This document shows positions 35,509 through 39,293 of a DNA stretch of 39,293 nucleotides, one piece after another. Within the stretch, counting starts at the first letter, position 1, and every line of letters begins with the position of its first letter. The DNA is from Candidatus Krumholzibacteriia bacterium (GTDB taxonomy: Bacteria; Krumholzibacteriota; Krumholzibacteriia; WVZY01): positions 1-39,293 of the forward strand of contig JBHHVD010000022.1 of NCBI GenBank assembly GCA_046754105.1, written 5' to 3'. The position numbers and the translations under genes were made by a program. The notes under the pieces were generated by a model. That model worked only from the letters and a program-made list of their open reading frames with translations, did not search any database and was not told where the DNA came from.

Positions 35509-35791
35509 AAACGACCTCCTGATAGGCGTGTTAGTTAGAGTGTCGTGGGAGCTACAGAGGGTACGGGCGCAGGGTGAACCACCACACCGTGATGGGTTAT
35601 GTTTCGTTAGACGGGTGGACGGGGCAAAAGGTTGCCCGTGGTACGGGGGCGGCCGCCGGGGTGGGCCGGTGGTAGCGGGCAAGTCTCGTTGAAAACATCC
35701 GGGCGGCCGCGTATTCTAACGTGGTGTGGAGTCAGAATCTACCCGTTCGAGAAATCGCCCCGCGGTGTGCCAAGGGTCTGGCAGGACAACC

Positions 35792-37459
35792 ATGAAAAAA
35801 ATGCACCGGATCGTCGCGGCCTCGATCGGCGGGCTCCTCATGCTGGCAGGGCCCGCAACGCCCGCGGCAGCCGCCGGCGCACTGCCGCAACAACCTTCGG
35901 AGCTGCTCCTCGTCGGCGACAGTGTCACCGCCGGCATCTACTTTCTCTCGCTCAGCGACACCTCGATTCGCCAGTCGTGGGCCGGCCAACTCATGCGGCG
36001 TCTGGGGATAGCGCCCGAACGGGGCCGCTTCGAAAAACCGTACCCCATCAACCACCTCGGGCTCGCGCGCCTCGGGTTTACCGTGGGCGGTCTCGCCTAC
36101 CCCTGGGAGGCGCTGCGTGTCTTGCTGCCGGCGTCCCCGAGGTTTGCGGCGGGCGACGAGCGCGTGGTAATGGCCGTGCCGGGGCAGATGTTGCGGGAAG
36201 TGATCGGGCAGTCATCGAAGAACCGGGGCGATAATTCGAGCGGGTGGACGTTCGGTGAAATACTCCTGCCCGAAGGGCTCTCGGTGGTGGAGACCGTCGA
36301 GCAGTGGCAGAAGCGGCCGCGCTGGGTCGTGCTCTTTATCGGCGCGAACGACTTGCTCGCCTCGTTCGGTATCGTGGGAAATGCGCGCTCGCCGTCGCCC
36401 GGGGAATTCCGGCGCGATTACGCGCGCCTGGTCGAGCGGCTGCGGGGCGTGATGCCCGGCGATGTGGGCGCGGATCATTTTCTGGTGCTGACGCTGCCGG
36501 ACGTCACCGCGCTGCCGCTCCTGCAACCGCTGCCCGAAGGTGCCGACGACGGTCACGGCCGTCCGTATCCCGCGGGAAGTGTGGCCTCGGCGTTTCTGGT
36601 CCCGTTTCGGAGTCACTTCGAGGCGGACGAAGTGTGGACGCCCGGGGAGCTGGAGGCGGTTCGGCGACTGGTTCGCGGCTACAACGATGCGATCCGCGGG
36701 GTCGCCGAGGGCAAGGGACTTACCGTTGTCGATTTGACGGCGCTGCTGGGCCGGCTCGGAGACAATCCGTCGTTCGCCACAGCGACGTCACCGTACTTCA
36801 GCCCCGACCTGCATCACCCGTCCTGCCGCACGCACGGGGTCATCGCCGGCGCCGTGCTCGATGCCATGGCCGGAGTGGCCGGCGTCGGGGCGCCACCAGC
36901 GGCGGAGACGAGGGAGACGCCGCTGCCGCACAACGGAGACTTCTCCCCGGTGGAGCGTGCTCGCGTCAACGCCATGGTGCGCCTCGGGCTCCAGGGCCTG
37001 CGCCAGGGACCGTTGCCGCCGAAGCCGACCTACCGGTTCTCGCTCGACGTTGGCGGGCAGGGAGGCAATCGCCGGAGCGGGCGCGGCGCTCTCTCTATAA
37101 TGGCAGGGGTGGAGAGCACGCCGAGCCCGGTGTCGACGAGATGGCTCTCGCGCGGCGGGTTCCACGTACGGCTGAGCCCGCTCGTCCTCGAACGGAACGG
37201 CGGCGGCGTCGACGGTTTTCCAAAGACCTCACTCGAAGCGCGTGCGGGGATTGCCATCGAACGTATCGGCGGTTGGCATTGGATGCGGTTCGGATCCGGT
37301 GTGCTCTATGCCGCAGAGGGTGGTTTCGGGTGGTACACCCGGGGCGAGTGGCGGCTCTTGTACGGGGAAGTCTCCAGCAGGGACGGCGACCCCGACCGCA
37401 TCGAGGGCGGACTGCGTCTCGGCTGGTTCATCGGCCGGCCGGGTAGAAACGGGAATTAG
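35792..37459 (+). CDS. Secreted SGNH/GDSL hydrolase with C-terminal beta-strand-rich (barrel-like) region
   Basis: Signal peptide, GDSVTAG (block I), FIGANDL (block III) and DLHHPS (block V). The C-terminal region has alternating strands ending GLRLGWF. Confidence 0.8.
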   Translation: MKKMHRIVAASIGGLLMLAGPATPAAAAGALPQQPSELLLVGDSVTAGIYFLSLSDTSIRQSWAGQLMRRLGIAPERGRFEKPYPINHLGLARLGFTVGGLAYPWEALRVLLPASPRFAAGDERVVMAVPGQMLREVIGQSSKNRGDNSSGWTFGEILLPEGLSVVETVEQWQKRPRWVVLFIGANDLLASFGIVGNARSPSPGEFRRDYARLVERLRGVMPGDVGADHFLVLTLPDVTALPLLQPLPEGADDGHGRPYPAGSVASAFLVPFRSHFEADEVWTPGELEAVRRLVRGYNDAIRGVAEGKGLTVVDLTALLGRLGDNPSFATATSPYFSPDLHHPSCRTHGVIAGAVLDAMAGVAGVGAPPAAETRETPLPHNGDFSPVERARVNAMVRLGLQGLRQGPLPPKPTYRFSLDVGGQGGNRRSGRGALSIMAGVESTPSPVSTRWLSRGGFHVRLSPLVLERNGGGVDGFPKTSLEARAGIAIERIGGWHWMRFGSGVLYAAEGGFGWYTRGEWRLLYGEVSSRDGDPDRIEGGLRLGWFIGRPGRNGN

Positions 37460-37528
37460 GCGCGATCCGTCCAGGGAGTATCTCGCCCGGCCCATGGGGG
37501 CGCCGATAGGCGCGCCCGGATTATCCAC

Positions 37529-38623
37529 TCATAGCGAATAGTTGAGCCCGAAGGCGTAGGCCCATTCCCACTTGCCCGGTACCCGCGTGTAGCGCACACC
37601 GGTGAACGAACCGAACGACCCCAGCATGTGGTTCAGCGATCCCCCCACGATGATGTTGTCGAACGCATCGTCCCCGAGCTTGATGCCGACCGTGGCACTC
37701 GGCCAGCCTGGATACAGGGCGTGGGTGCGGTCGGCGCGCGGCAGCTTCGGCCGGGGCAGTCCCGGCGGGTAGAGGTGAAAGAACACGTACGGCTCGAAGT
37801 CGCCGCGCGATTCTCCCGGACGCTTGTTCTTGCCGTCGGCGAGCGTAAACGCCAGCGCCACGCTGGCGCTGATGCGGGACGGGCTGTAGTTGCCGAAGGT
37901 GGCGTAGGCGCGTTTCTTTTTCAGCGACGTCCGTACGCGGTAGATGGTGTTCTCCTCCACGAGCACCTTTACCATGCCGAAGTAGAGTTCTTTGCCTGCG
38001 GTGGAAGTGCCGATGCGCGTCATCTTGAGGTCCGTGTCCTCGTCTTCCAGGCGGCCGCCTTTTGCATCGCCCGTGGGCCGTACCCCCGAGAACAGGGCTG
38101 CGATGCCGGCGATCACGGATATCTCACCCACGCCGCGGCGGTAGTCCAGCGCCTCTACCCGGATGGACGGCGCGCTCGCGTAGAACTCCTCGGTCTTCCG
38201 GGTCGTCGTCGTGGTGACCGTTTCCTTGCCCGTGACTTTTTTGTCCTGCGTCGTGCGCTCGACGGTCGTCTCCGTACCGACCTCCTCGTCAATCAGCGCC
38301 GGGTCGGTCGTAAACACCATCACCCACACGGTCCGTGCGCCCCACGCATCTCGCAGGGCCTCTCCGTTGCGGACCAGCTGCTGGACAACCGGCGGCTGTC
38401 CACGTCCGAAAAAGACCACGAGATCGACGAGATTCTTATCGTACCCCGTCGTGAAGGACACCTCCGGCACTCGGGTGAGGGCGCCGCTTTCGAGTTCGGC
38501 GACCAGGCGATCGATTACCTGGGTGTCGACGGGGTAGGTCCGCCATCCCTCGAGGTGCTGGGCGGGACACGCGGCGGCCGAGACAAGCAACGCGACCAGC
38601 ATCAGACTCGTGGCTTTCGTCAT
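37529..38623 (-). CDS. Hypothetical secreted / outer-membrane protein
   Basis: GGAGGAG RBS, signal peptide (ACPA|Q), Thr-rich linker and C-terminal amphipathic strands ending AFGLNYSL. Confidence 0.7.
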   Translation of the reverse strand: MTKATSLMLVALLVSAAACPAQHLEGWRTYPVDTQVIDRLVAELESGALTRVPEVSFTTGYDKNLVDLVVFFGRGQPPVVQQLVRNGEALRDAWGARTVWVMVFTTDPALIDEEVGTETTVERTTQDKKVTGKETVTTTTTRKTEEFYASAPSIRVEALDYRRGVGEISVIAGIAALFSGVRPTGDAKGGRLEDEDTDLKMTRIGTSTAGKELYFGMVKVLVEENTIYRVRTSLKKKRAYATFGNYSPSRISASVALAFTLADGKNKRPGESRGDFEPYVFFHLYPPGLPRPKLPRADRTHALYPGWPSATVGIKLGDDAFDNIIVGGSLNHMLGSFGSFTGVRYTRVPGKWEWAYAFGLNYSL

Positions 38624-38666
38624 AGTGGGCTCCTCCTGGGGATGAGCATACGGGACGGCCCTGTAA

Positions 38667-38695
38667 TTGACAACTGTCAAGCACTGGTATAGGGT
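38667..38695 (+). promoter_or_regulatory. Palindrome TTGACA-AC-TGTCAA overlapping a putative msrA -35 element
   Basis: TTGACA(38667)-N17-TAGGGT(38690). The palindrome occupies 38667-38680 in the divergent intergenic region. Confidence 0.5.
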
Positions 38696-38721
38696 GCGTT
38701 GTAGTAGAAAGGCGTGCCAGG

Positions 38722-39255
38722 ATGACGAAGGACGACACCAACACGAGCGGCGGCCCCGGGAGCGGCAAGGGAACCGAAGTCGCCATCCTGGCCGCCGGTT
38801 GCTTCTGGGGGGTTGAAGAGATCTTGCGCGCAATCGATGGCGTCCGAGATACGGAGGTAGGGTTCGCGGGCGGTTCGTTTCCCGATCCCGCCTACGAAGA
38901 CGTGGTGACGGGACGGACCGGGCATGCCGAGGCGGTGAAGGTCATCTTCGACCCGGAGAGGATCTCGTACGAGCAAGTGCTGGACTATTTCTTCCGGCTC
39001 CACGACCCGACCACAAAGAATCGGCAGGGAAACGACCGCGGCACCCAGTACCGCTCGGCGATCTTCTACCGGGGCCAGGAGCAACGAGAAACGGCGCTGA
39101 CGGTACGCGAGCGCGTCGACGGTTCCGGCAAATGGCCGGACCCCGTGGTGACCGAAGTCGTAGCAGCGGGGCCGTTCTACCCCGCCGAGCCCTACCACCA
39201 GGATTACCTGCAGAAAAACCCCGGTGGCTACCACTGTCATATCCTGCGCGATTAG
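38722..39255 (+). CDS. msrA: Peptide-methionine (S)-S-oxide reductase MsrA
   Basis: AGCFWG, TGHAEAV, HDPTT.NRQGND.GTQYRSAIF, AE.YHQ.YL and GYHCH. Confidence 0.97.
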   Translation: MTKDDTNTSGGPGSGKGTEVAILAAGCFWGVEEILRAIDGVRDTEVGFAGGSFPDPAYEDVVTGRTGHAEAVKVIFDPERISYEQVLDYFFRLHDPTTKNRQGNDRGTQYRSAIFYRGQEQRETALTVRERVDGSGKWPDPVVTEVVAAGPFYPAEPYHQDYLQKNPGGYHCHILRD

Positions 39256-39293
39256 CCCGCCGTTTTCTATTCCACCCCGCCCGTCGTCGTGCG

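Noticed and set aside
1..39293. CRISPR array, tRNA/rRNA, transposase, integrase or prophage
   Set aside because: No regularly spaced repeats, cloverleaf/rRNA signatures or mobile-element protein motifs were seen. The imu cassette has no flanking mobility marks.

Overview
High-GC bacterial chromosomal window from a diderm organism (several outer-membrane beta-barrels). Two secreted paralogs ending in 'PVExxTWGxxKxLY' suggest an FCB-related candidate phylum such as Ca. Krumholzibacteria/Eisenbacteria; this is an inference. Left to right: (i) a minus-strand cluster of two GT-C-like polytopic membrane proteins around a UPF0104/LPG-synthase-TM flippase-like gene, the first running off the window edge; (ii) a plus-strand run encoding a GAF-PP2C (RsbU/SpoIIE) phosphatase, GH113-like lipoprotein, beta-barrel, acetamidase/formamidase, YtcJ-type amidohydrolase, a membrane protein and YtxJ/BrxC; (iii) a complete lexA-imuA-imuB-dnaE2 mutagenesis cassette, with a 24-bp palindrome in an apparently leaderless lexA promoter; (iv) an SGNH hydrolase, a beta-barrel and an NTF2-like protein; (v) a tandem glycine riboswitch with its own terminator, directly upstream of a class I aminotransferase plus a divergent transketolase-family enzyme, followed by split system II cytochrome c maturation genes (resB/ccsA); (vi) a Zn-ribbon/SH3 membrane protein, a ComEC-like MBL protein, two TWG-tail secreted paralogs flanking an HMBD-polyferredoxin membrane protein, a frameshifted DUF4097-like pseudogene, an SGNH/beta-strand protein, a hypothetical secreted protein and msrA. 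The best leads are the glycine-riboswitch aminotransferase/transketolase unit, the candidate new LexA box, a WTGAYA-N2-TRTCAW palindrome recurring in four intergenic regions, and the TWG C-terminal tail. No rRNA, tRNA, CRISPR array or mobile element was recognised.
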